Program-made: the position numbers and the translations under genes | In this document: positions 49,132 through 57,574 of the stretch, piece by piece | Layout: each line of letters opens with the position of its first letter | Numbering within the stretch: position 1 is the stretch's first letter | Origin: an uncultured Gammaproteobacteria bacterium | GTDB taxonomy: Bacteria; Patescibacteriota; Microgenomatia; Daviesbacterales; UBA10151 | DNA: 57,853 nt | NCBI GenBank assembly: GCA_964406775.1 | Contig: CAYOSW010000006.1 | Location: 1-57,853 of the forward strand | Direction of reading: 5' to 3' | Notes under the pieces: model-generated | Database searches by the model: none | Seen by the model: only the letters and a program-made list of their open reading frames with translations | Told to the model about the DNA's origin: nothing

Positions 49132-49599
49132 TTACCACACTTCAACCCTAGTCCCCAGAGGCGCCCAATCGTAAAGCCACTTAGCGGCAACGAGAGGTGT
49201 ATTTACGCAACCGTGTGAGGCAACACGCCCGAAGTTATTATGCCAATAAGCTCCGTGGATCGCGTAACCCTGATAAAAATACATAGTATCTGGAACATCC
49301 TCTACCAGATATTTGCCCGAGGGGTAAATATCCTTATAGGGCGAAGGACCGCGCATATCGGTTAGTGGGGTTTTAAAATAAATCTTAAAGCTCCCTTTTA
49401 CTGTCGGCGTCAGCTTCATTCCCGTCGAAACTTTTGTTTCATAAACTACCTTCCCCCCGTCCCAGGCGGTTAATTTTTGAGCTCCGGTATCAATGGTTAT
49501 TAACTTATCGGTCGTGAGAATTTGAGCGGAAGCAGGTTTAGGCGGAAAGAATAATACTAAAAGAAAAAACGAAAAAAGCAAAAGAAGTATTTTACCCAT
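49132..49599 (-). CDS. L,D-transpeptidase (YkuD)
   Basis: VSTG..TPT..G, AIHGAYW, SHGCVN; signal peptide. Confidence 0.92.
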   Translation of the reverse strand: MGKILLLLFSFFLLVLFFPPKPASAQILTTDKLITIDTGAQKLTAWDGGKVVYETKVSTGMKLTPTVKGSFKIYFKTPLTDMRGPSPYKDIYPSGKYLVEDVPDTMYFYQGYAIHGAYWHNNFGRVASHGCVNTPLVAAKWLYDWAPLGTRVEVW

Positions 49600-49617
49600 A
49601 CTTCTATTTTACACATA

Positions 49618-50151
49618 TTATTCTTCGGGCGGAGGCGGTAAAAACTCCTCACCTGCAGAACTTACGGGTACCTCGCCGGGTTTGAGCCATTTAATATAAG
49701 TGCATCCCGTCGCTTTTCTCGCTTTAGGATCCCATCCTGCAGTTGAACACTTCTCGGCCTTTTTACCCGAAGAAGTTGTAAAAAGCACCAGTTTATTTCC
49801 ACACTCGGGACAATCGGAATCAAGAGCTTCGGTTTTTGAGCCGTTTATCCATTCAACATAGTCGCATCCTGTCGCTCTCTTTTCTTTAGCGTCCCAACCG
49901 CCTGTTGAACATTTTTTCATCCTTTTCCCGAACCGGGTAGTCTGCATAACTAACGGATTTCCGCATTTCGGACATTTTTCATCTAACTCCTGGGGCTCTT
50001 CCTGAATCCACTTTACATAATCACAACCTTCGTTTTTACGGGTTTCCTTATTCCAAAATCCTGTTGAACATCTTTGGAGTTTTTTACCGGTCGGAGTTTC
50101 CTGAATTTCGCTTAGCGGCGAACCACACTTGGGACAAACTTGTTCATTCAT
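49618..50151 (-). CDS. Stand-alone topoisomerase-type C4 zinc-ribbon repeat protein (3 repeats)
   Basis: Three CPxCG..L..T..GK..C..W..R..GC.Y..W units; start moved to MNEQVCPKC. Confidence 0.8.
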   Translation of the reverse strand: MNEQVCPKCGSPLSEIQETPTGKKLQRCSTGFWNKETRKNEGCDYVKWIQEEPQELDEKCPKCGNPLVMQTTRFGKRMKKCSTGGWDAKEKRATGCDYVEWINGSKTEALDSDCPECGNKLVLFTTSSGKKAEKCSTAGWDPKARKATGCTYIKWLKPGEVPVSSAGEEFLPPPPEE

Positions 50152-50239
50152 ATTTATTACCTTACTATATTGTGCTCGTTGTGACAAGGATGAACTACCT
50201 TGTAACTGAGATTGAACTGGCAATTTCCGGTGTGGCAGA

Positions 50240-50572
50240 AACAGTTATCCGGTTACTTGAAGCGCTTCTGGCAATAGCGTATACAGTCACTTTTCAACTT
50301 GTTTATTAACAAATAGTATCACGCCTCCGAGAACAATTATAAATACCTGTCTTTCGGCGTTTTTTAATATAGAGTTTAATGTCCCACAACGGGGACATTT
50401 AATATCAAACGAAGGATAAAATATGGACTCCTAGAAGTTTGTCGCAATGCTTACAGCGGTGCTGGGCTTTTAAATCAATTTAGTCTTTAGTCCTGACGAT
50501 AATTTCGAGCTGTTTATCTCGGTTATAATCAGATTTCTTGCTCGTAAAACTATTCCTCTTATTGAGTTTCAT
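50240..50572 (-). pseudogene. Decayed Com-type zinc ribbon + PAS-start gene (absent from the ORF track)
   Basis: ATG 50572; TAA 50480-82; RCKHCDKLL; frameshift; DIKCPRCGTLN..VFIIVLGGVILFVNKQVEK; degenerate VT(G)Y. Confidence 0.7.
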
Positions 50573-50632
50573 AAGCTTCTAAAGTTGGCTAAAATTAGTC
50601 TATAAATTTCTTTTAGGTAATACAAGAGATAA

Positions 50633-51016
50633 CTAGTTATATTGTGTAGCTTCCTCGACCTTTTTCGTCAGCTCTTCAAGCGAGGTATCACTTTTCATCA
50701 AATAATAAAGTGGCAGACCCTCGACTACTTTACTTGTCATCTGCTCATCAAGATCTAAGTTAGTTAAAAACATAACTTTGATCGTTTTCCCCAAATCTTC
50801 CTGTCGTAACATTTTCAACATTGTCATTCCGTCAAGATTAGGCATCTTAATATCCAAAATTACTAGATCCGGTTTCTCTCTTTTTATTGCTTCAAAACCT
50901 TCGATTCCATCATGGGCATCAATTATCTGGTAACCCTTTAAGGCTAAATGTTCGTGCAGCGACTTCAAGAGCATCTGTTCATCCTCGACAATAAGGATTT
51001 TCTTTATTCCAATCAC
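50633..51016 (-). CDS. Single-domain response regulator (receiver)
   Basis: ILIVEDE, DLVILDIKMPNLDG, YLMK. Confidence 0.92.
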   Translation of the reverse strand: MIGIKKILIVEDEQMLLKSLHEHLALKGYQIIDAHDGIEGFEAIKREKPDLVILDIKMPNLDGMTMLKMLRQEDLGKTIKVMFLTNLDLDEQMTSKVVEGLPLYYLMKSDTSLEELTKKVEEATQYN

Positions 51017-51040
51017 CTCCTAAACTACCTGATTTTAGTA

Positions 51041-51058
51041 TTGACAAATTATTGACAG
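51041..51058 (-). promoter_or_regulatory. 11-bp-period direct repeat CTGTCAA-taat-TTGTCAA (OmpR/PhoB-box-like)
   Basis: Two TTGACA on the + strand at 51041 and 51052, upstream of the receiver gene. Confidence 0.35.
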
Positions 51059-51084
51059 ATTTCAATTAGGACTATTACTAAAGG

Positions 51085-51450
51085 CTAAATCCCCCGTTTT
51101 TCAAGCTCTTTATCGTTCATTCCAAAATGATGGCCGATTTCGTGGAGAACGGTTTTTTTGATTCTTTCCGTAGCGTCTTCTAAATCTTTTGAAACCATAA
51201 GAATCGGTCCTGCAAAGATAGTTATTTTATCGGGTAAAGCCGAATATAAGGAGGCCCGTTTAGTTTTAGGAATTCCGCGGTAGAGTCCGAATAGCAAGGT
51301 ATTTGAAGGATGCGCTTTAATGGTTTCCATCTCAAAATGATCCGGCCAGGCTTCAACAACAAATCCGACATTGTCCAAATTTGAAGAAAATTCTTCGGGT
51401 AATTCCTTAATAGCCTGTTCTACAATATCTTCCACTTCCTCAAGAGTCAT
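51085..51450 (-). CDS. Zincin-like metallopeptidase (Zincin_1/DUF1025)
   Basis: LLFGLYRGIP, PDKITIF, VLHEIGHHFG. Confidence 0.9.
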   Translation of the reverse strand: MTLEEVEDIVEQAIKELPEEFSSNLDNVGFVVEAWPDHFEMETIKAHPSNTLLFGLYRGIPKTKRASLYSALPDKITIFAGPILMVSKDLEDATERIKKTVLHEIGHHFGMNDKELEKRGI

Positions 51451-51497
51451 CGGAAAATTATATCAAAAATTAGCAGTAAGATAAAGAGATTGCTAAA

Positions 51498-51821
51498 TTA
51501 TTCCAAAGGGAAACCTATTGCTCTCCATCCCAATAATCCATTTTCCATATTGAATATGTTTAAGTACCCAGCCTCAATAAGGCTTTGGGCGGCTACAACA
51601 CTCCTTGAACCGCTTAAACAATAAACAACGATTTTAGTTTTTTTATCGGGAACTAACTCCCCTATATCTCTTGTAATCGTTTCGTATGGAAGATTTACAC
51701 TCTTTTGAATCCTATTTCTTGCATATTCTTCGGGAGACCTGACATCCAGCAATACTAAATCCTGGTTTTGATCTATCATATTCTTAATTTCCTCTGCCTT
51801 TACTTGACTAAACGTATTCAC
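51498..51821 (-). CDS. Rhodanese-like sulfurtransferase
   Basis: LLDVRSPEEY, VYCLSGSRS, GLLGW. Confidence 0.9.
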   Translation of the reverse strand: MNTFSQVKAEEIKNMIDQNQDLVLLDVRSPEEYARNRIQKSVNLPYETITRDIGELVPDKKTKIVVYCLSGSRSVVAAQSLIEAGYLNIFNMENGLLGWRAIGFPLE

Positions 51822-51854
51822 CTGTCCAATCTAGCATCTAATCTTAGGAAATTG

Positions 51855-51870
51855 TGTGATCTAAATTACA
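51855..51870. promoter_or_regulatory. CRP-type box TGTGA-N6-TTACA at -41.5 of the leaderless rhodanese promoter
   Basis: TG-c-TAGATT-6-GTG; box centre 51862.5. Confidence 0.7.
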
Positions 51871-51873
51871 CCC

Positions 51874-54336
51874 CTAACCGAGTTTTTGTTCCTGTTCGTG
51901 GACTTTGATTATGGTTTTAATTACCGTATCGGGATTGAGAGACATACTGTCTATCCCCGCCCGGACTAGGAATTGGGCGAAATCGGGATAATCGGAAGGC
52001 GCCTGTCCGCAAATACCGATATATTTATTCCGCTTTTTGCAGACTTTAATAACCTCGCTGATCAACTCTTTTACGGATTTATCGTTCTCGTTGGCAATCG
52101 ATCTGATCCTCTCATTGCCGTCGCGGTCTATACCGAGCGTTAGCTGGGTTAAATCATTGGAACCTATACTCATTCCGTCAAAGATATCCAGGAATTCATC
52201 AGCCAAAATAACGTTTGAGGGAATCTCACACATTACATAAAACTTGAGACTTTTATCTTTTTTCCTGGACAATCCGTTCTTCTCCATTATTTCGATGACT
52301 TTTCTGCCTTCTTCCGCCGTCCGGCAAAACGGCACCATCACCATACAATTTAAAAGCCCGAATTCTTCCCTTACTTTTCTCAAGGCCCTTATTTCCAGCT
52401 TAAATGCCTCGATAAATTCCGGAGAATAATATCTTGATGCACCTCTCCAGCCGATCATCGGATTTTCCTCTTTCGGCTCGTATAAATCCCCTCCCAAAAG
52501 CGAACGGTATTCATTAGTTTTAAAATCCGAAAGTCTCACCAAAACCTGGTGCGGTGCAAATGCTGCGCATATTTTAGCTACACCTGAGGCGAGTTTATCA
52601 ACATAAAACTGCAATTTATCATCATAGCCTTCCGTCTCTTTATCAATTTTTTCCTTTAAATCTAAGGGGAGTTTCCCGTAATTAATTAAAGCGTTAGGGT
52701 GAATTCCGATATCGGAAGCGATAATGAATTCTTCCCGAGCCAGTCCGACTCCTGAATTGGGTAGAAAAGATTTTTCAAAAGCCGTGTCTGGAGTTGCAAT
52801 ATTGACCATTATTTTTGTTTTGGTTTCAGGAAGTTTTTTAATATCGATTTCGTCAATTTTAAATTTTAATTCCCCCTCAAAAACTATTCCGGCCGAACCT
52901 GTGGTATCGACAGTAATTATATCCCCCGTTTTAATTTTTTTGGTGGCATCGTCGGCCCCGACAATACAGGGAATCCCCAGTTCACGGGAAACAATTGCCG
53001 CGTGTGAGGTTCTTCCCCCTTTATCGGTAACGATACCCGAGGCAATCTTCATAACGGGTTCCCAATTCGGATCGGTAATTTCGGTAACAAGTATTTCGCC
53101 CTTTTCAAATTTATTAATATCCTTAACGTCCAGTATCACCCGTGCTTTACCCGCTGCAATTTTATTTCCGACAGAGGAACCCTTAACAATCTCCTTACCC
53201 TCCTGAGTCCTGACATATTCGTGAATTTTTGTTAAATCCCTTTCGGCGTGAATTGTTTCGGGTCTGGCCTGAACGATAAACAACTCCCCTGTTTCGCCGT
53301 CTTTTGCCCACTCCATATCCATCGGCGTCCATTTTCCCGCTTTCGCTGTGTAGTGCTTTTCTATTTCTACAGCCCAGGAAGCGAGTTTCAAAATTTCTTT
53401 GTCCGTTAATACAAAGTTCTTAAATTCCTTTCCTGTGGTTTCAATAATTTTAGTGGGTGTATCCTTTCCGTAAATCATTTTCCTGTTTTTACGTCCCAAA
53501 GTTTTACTGATAATAGGCGCATAGATTTTTCTGTTCAGAAGATGTTTTATCGGGTGCTGTTTAACAGTTTGCCCTAAAGTCGGCTTATAAATTACAAATT
53601 CGTCCGGGGTAACAGCTCCCTGAACAACCATCTCACCCAAACCCCACGATCCGTTGATGATTACAACATCCTTGAATCCCGACTCCGTATCCAACGAAAA
53701 CATAATCCCGGAGCAGGCCAAATCCGAACGGACCATTTTTTGAACCCCGACCGATAAAGCCACCTTAAAATGATCAAATCCCTTATCTACGCGGTATGAG
53801 ATTGCCCTATCATTAAATAGAGAAGCCATCGCTTTTTTAATGGCAATAAGTGTGTTCTCCAGACCCCTCACGTTCAGATATGTTTCGTGTTCACCGGCAA
53901 AAGAAGCCCCGGGGAGGTCTTCAGCAGTTGCAGAAGAGCGGACTGCAAAATCGGCATTTTTCCCATATTCCCCCTCCGCCTCCTTATGGGCTTTTTCAAT
54001 AGCTTGTTTTAAGTCTTCGGGAAACCCGGTTGCGACAATTTTTTCCCTAATTTTTTTACCCTTTTCTTCTAAATCCTGAATATTTTTGGTATTTAAATTC
54101 TTAAGTGTTTCTTTGATGAAGATATCCAAACCGCTTTCTTTTAAGAAATGGCGGTAAGCTGTGGCCGTGACTACATATCCTCCCGGAACGGGAATTCCTT
54201 TTTTCTTAGTTAATTCCCTGATCATCTCGCCTAAAGACGCATTTTTTCCTCCGACTTCAGGCACGTCTTTAATTGAAACTTCGGAAAGTTTCTTTATGAA
54301 CATAGATTGCCTGTTTACCCCATTAAAACCGTTCAT
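51874..54336 (-). CDS. ppsA: Phosphoenolpyruvate synthase
   Basis: VGGKNASLGEM, VRSSATAEDLP.ASFAG, IVQARPET, GGRTSHAAIVSRE, GSNDLTQL. Confidence 0.97.
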   Translation of the reverse strand: MNGFNGVNRQSMFIKKLSEVSIKDVPEVGGKNASLGEMIRELTKKKGIPVPGGYVVTATAYRHFLKESGLDIFIKETLKNLNTKNIQDLEEKGKKIREKIVATGFPEDLKQAIEKAHKEAEGEYGKNADFAVRSSATAEDLPGASFAGEHETYLNVRGLENTLIAIKKAMASLFNDRAISYRVDKGFDHFKVALSVGVQKMVRSDLACSGIMFSLDTESGFKDVVIINGSWGLGEMVVQGAVTPDEFVIYKPTLGQTVKQHPIKHLLNRKIYAPIISKTLGRKNRKMIYGKDTPTKIIETTGKEFKNFVLTDKEILKLASWAVEIEKHYTAKAGKWTPMDMEWAKDGETGELFIVQARPETIHAERDLTKIHEYVRTQEGKEIVKGSSVGNKIAAGKARVILDVKDINKFEKGEILVTEITDPNWEPVMKIASGIVTDKGGRTSHAAIVSRELGIPCIVGADDATKKIKTGDIITVDTTGSAGIVFEGELKFKIDEIDIKKLPETKTKIMVNIATPDTAFEKSFLPNSGVGLAREEFIIASDIGIHPNALINYGKLPLDLKEKIDKETEGYDDKLQFYVDKLASGVAKICAAFAPHQVLVRLSDFKTNEYRSLLGGDLYEPKEENPMIGWRGASRYYSPEFIEAFKLEIRALRKVREEFGLLNCMVMVPFCRTAEEGRKVIEIMEKNGLSRKKDKSLKFYVMCEIPSNVILADEFLDIFDGMSIGSNDLTQLTLGIDRDGNERIRSIANENDKSVKELISEVIKVCKKRNKYIGICGQAPSDYPDFAQFLVRAGIDSMSLNPDTVIKTIIKVHEQEQKLG

Positions 54337-54375
54337 AAATCTAGTTTACCTCTTAATTGGTCTTTTGTCATTTGC

Positions 54376-54792
54376 TTACTTGTTCAGCTTTGCCAAAACC
54401 CAACCCGCAACTACTGCCTCTATAAATCCACTGAGCGTCCAGCTCATAACCAGCACCAAAGAGACTTGAAAACTTGAGTAGGTTATGAACATACCCGGCA
54501 TTGTGGTTGCCATAAAATAGATCAAACCGAAATTCAAACCTCTGGAAGTTATAGTTTTACCTGCTACCGAATTTTTTACCTTATCCCAAACAAAAGCTAA
54601 GATAATACCCAGCACAAACGGGTAGGCGAAAAACATCTGCATCAGCGGATCCGACCACGGCCTGAATATAGCCTCATTTACATACTCGGCAGTTAAGGAA
54701 GGGAAAATGAATCCCGCCGAAAAACTGAAAACCAAACTTACAAGAAGCATCGCAACTCCTGTAATTAAACCTTGGACCAGAATTTTATTCAT
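54376..54792 (-). CDS. Four-TM hypothetical membrane protein
   Basis: Hydrophobic; last gene of the hpf-led run. Confidence 0.75.
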   Translation of the reverse strand: MNKILVQGLITGVAMLLVSLVFSFSAGFIFPSLTAEYVNEAIFRPWSDPLMQMFFAYPFVLGIILAFVWDKVKNSVAGKTITSRGLNFGLIYFMATTMPGMFITYSSFQVSLVLVMSWTLSGFIEAVVAGWVLAKLNK

Positions 54793-54801
54793 TTAATTCA
54801 C

Positions 54802-54954
54802 CTACTTTCTCTCTAAAATAATTTGTTTTAATTTATCGGGCATAGCACGGCATTTACAATTCTCTTCGTGACTTTTGTGCCAAATTATCCTCTGGTCAAT
54901 TGTCGGATTTTTTGGCATTTTATTTGCTTGATGCCATATCACATTAATCTTCAT
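54802..54954 (-). CDS. Small protein (50 aa) with a His/Cys cluster; absent from the ORF track
   Basis: MKINVIWHQANKMPKNPTIDQRIIWHKSHEENCKCRAMPDKLKQIILERK; ATGA overlap with the upstream stop. Confidence 0.75.
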   Translation of the reverse strand: MKINVIWHQANKMPKNPTIDQRIIWHKSHEENCKCRAMPDKLKQIILERK

Positions 54955-55145
54955 CGCTTCTTCCTATAAATCAACAAATAAATGATTGGCAATATTCCGA
55001 TTGTATTGAGAGTCAATAGTCCAACAAACCAGTATTTTTGTCCCCGCCTGGCAGAAAACCAAAGTGCTATCCCCTTCCAAGTAACTTCCCAAACTATTAT
55101 CAGTATTAGTACTGCTGAATTTTGTTGTAAAAAATTTATATCCAA
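54951..55145 (-). CDS. DUF5652-like small membrane protein
   Basis: WKGIALWFSAR..QK.WF..LL..NT.GILPIIY. Confidence 0.8.
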   Translation of the reverse strand: MDINFLQQNSAVLILIIVWEVTWKGIALWFSARRGQKYWFVGLLTLNTIGILPIIYLLIYRKKR

Positions 55146-55147
55146 GG

Positions 55148-55495
55148 CTATCTCCTTTCTTTAGGGAAGAAATGCCCCTTTATGATAAACAAAGCTCCAA
55201 TCAAAAACAGCGGACCAAACAAAGCAAGGTTTACCCAAAAAGGATTATTAAAAAATGCCGACATCAAAAGCGAAAGTAGTATAAAAATTAACCCTCCCAG
55301 TTTTTCAATTTTATAAGCCAAAATTAAAACAATTATTAATATGAAATTAGGCATCAGGTGAATTAAAAGTCCTGTTAAAATTTCCAATAGCGACCTCCCG
55401 GGCTCAAATATATCAAGGGCAAAAACTCCTAGAAATATAATGTAACCAATAGCCAAAATTCTAGGCAGCCAGTAGAAAATTTTATACTTGTTCAT
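55148..55495 (-). CDS. Conserved hypothetical membrane protein
   Basis: YWLPRILAI..FLGVFALD.F pattern; 4 TM. Confidence 0.75.
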   Translation of the reverse strand: MNKYKIFYWLPRILAIGYIIFLGVFALDIFEPGRSLLEILTGLLIHLMPNFILIIVLILAYKIEKLGGLIFILLSLLMSAFFNNPFWVNLALFGPLFLIGALFIIKGHFFPKERR

Positions 55496-55859
55496 TGATA
55501 CCTTCCTTTCTTATTGTGTCTTGATTCGGGTATTGGCTTTGGGATTTAAAATGAAGATCCTTATATTTCTTGATTTCCCTGTTTAAATGTTTCATACCGC
55601 CGTGAATGCACTCACTAACCGTCACTCCCTTAAAGTGGGTATAGAGTGCTTTTTTGGGCAAAATCAATCTCATCCATCCTTCGTAATTAGCCTGAATTGT
55701 TTTAGTTTTTGAAATATTCCGTTTGATAAAAAAATTAAGGGAAGTCAGATCAGGGTTGAGGTGAGGCAATAACCTGCTTATCTTTTCCAGATTTTTGTTA
55801 AGAATTTCAAGAGCCTCTCCGTCAACTTTCACTCCTTTATCGGCAACATTTACTCTCAT
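55482..55859 (-). CDS. HPF/RaiA-like ribosome-associated protein (start moved to MRVNV)
   Basis: Beta-alpha-beta-beta-beta-alpha pattern ending L.REIKKYK. Confidence 0.65.
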   Translation of the reverse strand: MRVNVADKGVKVDGEALEILNKNLEKISRLLPHLNPDLTSLNFFIKRNISKTKTIQANYEGWMRLILPKKALYTHFKGVTVSECIHGGMKHLNREIKKYKDLHFKSQSQYPNQDTIRKEGINEQV

Positions 55860-55892
55860 AACCCTTTTTAGCACTCCCGGGGATTACTTTTC

Positions 55893-55908
55893 GTTGACTT
55901 GGGTCACA
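55893..55908. promoter_or_regulatory. CRP-type box (minus strand TGTGA-N6-TCAAC) 41.5 bp upstream of the hpf-like ATG
   Basis: Centre 55900.5; TG-c-TAAAAA at 55870..55865. Confidence 0.6.
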
Positions 55909-55909
55909 A

Positions 55910-56557
55910 TCAGGGATTCAGTTCTTTTTCCAGATTTTCAAGATTATTTATGACAACGGTGTTATTCTCGAATGTAATCAGGTTATTTTCCTTTAACTTA
56001 CTTATGAGTCTGCTGACTGTTTCCCTCGCGATACCGCTGTGAGAAGCCAAATCCTTTTCAAATATTTTAAAATCTATCGTCACTTTTCCGTTTTCGTTTT
56101 TACCGAAGCGTTTGGCAAAAATTAATAATTCGGTAATAAATTTCCCGTATGCGCTTCCGGACATCGAATACTCGAGCCTCTGCCACATCCCTTCCATCCC
56201 CCGGTAAATTCGCCTGAGCAAGTCGAGTAATATCTCGGGCTCGTTTTTTAAGAAATTGAGAAATTCATCAGCCGGAGCTTTAAAATACTTACCGTCAGCC
56301 ATTCCTTCAAAATAATGAGGAATCGTTTTCTTATTTAAGACCCAGGGCATAGGGAAAAAAGCATCGGGTTTAAAAAGGTTTAAAACTACTTCAACTCCCT
56401 CGGCATTTACGGAATATTCCTTTACAACGCCTTCGGTTAAATAATAGACACCGCCGGGATCCTGATCGGCCTCAATCAACGGTTCTCCTTTGGAGAAATA
56501 CGAAGATTTATATTTACCGAAAAAAATGTCCAGTTTTTCCTTCACAGCGGGTTCCAT
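55910..56557 (-). CDS. Crp/Fnr-family transcriptional regulator (start moved to MEPAV)
   Basis: cNMP-like domain (GVYYLTEGVVKEY); HTH with RETVSR; TTGAGC-17-CATAAT-7-ATG. Confidence 0.92.
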   Translation of the reverse strand: MEPAVKEKLDIFFGKYKSSYFSKGEPLIEADQDPGGVYYLTEGVVKEYSVNAEGVEVVLNLFKPDAFFPMPWVLNKKTIPHYFEGMADGKYFKAPADEFLNFLKNEPEILLDLLRRIYRGMEGMWQRLEYSMSGSAYGKFITELLIFAKRFGKNENGKVTIDFKIFEKDLASHSGIARETVSRLISKLKENNLITFENNTVVINNLENLEKELNP

Positions 56558-56596
56558 CTGTCCAATTATGCCACGCCTTGCATTTAAGCTCAAGCT

Positions 56597-56612
56597 AGTG
56601 ACCTGCGTCATT
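56597..56612. promoter_or_regulatory. CRP-like box AGTGA-N6-TCATT in the crp/DUF4342 divergent region
   Basis: At -41.5 relative to TATATC at 56634-39 on +; abuts the crp -35 on -. Confidence 0.5.
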
Positions 56613-56665
56613 GATATTTCCATTCTTCTGCTTTATATCAAGGTTGAAAAGTGAGGTGAGGCAAA

Positions 56666-56965
56666 ATGACAAAAAGAACTGAGGAATTCAAAGTTTCGGG
56701 AAACGATGTTGTTAATAAAATTAAGGAATTGATTAAGGCGGGCAATATCCGAAAGATAACAATCAAAGATAAAAAAGGTAAGGCTTTTGCCGAATTTCCT
56801 TTAACTATTGGCGTTGTAGGGACGGTAATCCTCCCCGTGGCCGCGGCGATAAGTACCATTATTGCTCTGGTCGCAGAATGCACCATTTCCGTTGAAAAAG
56901 AAGCTGTGGATAAAGAAGTTGTTGAGACTGAGGAAGCGGAAGGAAAAGATAAGTCTGACTCTTAA
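56666..56965 (+). CDS. DUF4342 domain protein
   Basis: TEEFKVSG.DVV.KIKELIK.GNIR.I.IK, EFPLT.GVVG, AEC.I.VEK. Confidence 0.9.
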   Translation: MTKRTEEFKVSGNDVVNKIKELIKAGNIRKITIKDKKGKAFAEFPLTIGVVGTVILPVAAAISTIIALVAECTISVEKEAVDKEVVETEEAEGKDKSDS

Positions 56966-56980
56966 TAGAGTTTTAAGGGG

Positions 56981-57310
56981 GTGATAATAATGTATTGGTT
57001 AACAGCAGTTTTAGGGTTGTCGTCGCTTATTGCTCCGTTTGTTTTAGGATATAACGCAGATGCTTCAGCCCTTTGGACAAGTTTAACAATCGGACTGGTT
57101 TTAATGGGCGCATCTGGGTTTGAGTGGGCAGCTAAAGACCGGGAAGCCTGGGAATACTGGGTTGCGGGTATTGCCGGGGTAACTGCAGTACTTGCCCCGT
57201 TTGCTTTAGGTTTTACCGGAGTTACTATGGCTGTTTGGACACTAGTCACAATCGGACTCATAACAGTTATAGCCGCAGGAATAAAACTTTTTCCTGGACA
57301 TCAACTCTAG
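56981..57310 (+). CDS. SPW-repeat membrane protein
   Basis: Two repeats ending IAPFVLGY and LAPFALGF. Confidence 0.85.
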   Translation: MIIMYWLTAVLGLSSLIAPFVLGYNADASALWTSLTIGLVLMGASGFEWAAKDREAWEYWVAGIAGVTAVLAPFALGFTGVTMAVWTLVTIGLITVIAAGIKLFPGHQL

Positions 57311-57330
57311 AGTCTTTCGGGTAAATTAAA

Positions 57331-57362
57331 TCCCGGCATCTGCGGGTTTACGGGTGCCGGGA
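57331..57362. terminator. GC-rich hairpin between convergent genes
   Basis: TCCCGGCA...TGCCGGGA stem. Confidence 0.5.
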
Positions 57363-57371
57363 AAGGACTGA

Positions 57372-57542
57372 CTACATTTTGAACATCTCAAGAACTTTAT
57401 AAACAAATACTCCCGGCCAGAATATTGCCAGAAATACTCCGATGAGCCCGTCTGTAAATGAGGACGCGTGCTGGATAAAGTAGACTAGTGCTCCGAGCAT
57501 TCCTAACCCGTATATCGCACTAGTTCCGGCATTATTCTTCAT
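57372..57542 (-). CDS. Small 2-TM membrane protein (56 aa); absent from the ORF track
   Basis: MKNNAGTSAIYGLGMLGALVYFIQHASSFTDGLIGVFLAIFWPGVFVYKVLEMFKM; TATAAT-6-ATG. Confidence 0.8.
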   Translation of the reverse strand: MKNNAGTSAIYGLGMLGALVYFIQHASSFTDGLIGVFLAIFWPGVFVYKVLEMFKM

Positions 57543-57574
57543 ATATGCATTATACTCCTAACCGTTTTTATGAA

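Noticed and set aside
50150-50320. Structured ncRNA or riboswitch upstream of the zinc-ribbon gene
   Set aside because: No known consensus, and much of the stretch is explained by the decayed Com-PAS reading frame.
50378-50399. Terminator-like hairpin AATGTCCC...GGGACATT
   Set aside because: It coincides with the codons for K-C-P-R-C-G-T-L and has no U tract; most likely a coding by-product.
54928-54943. Extra CRP-like site
   Set aside because: Half-site spacing is off by one and it lies inside a coding region with no promoter geometry.
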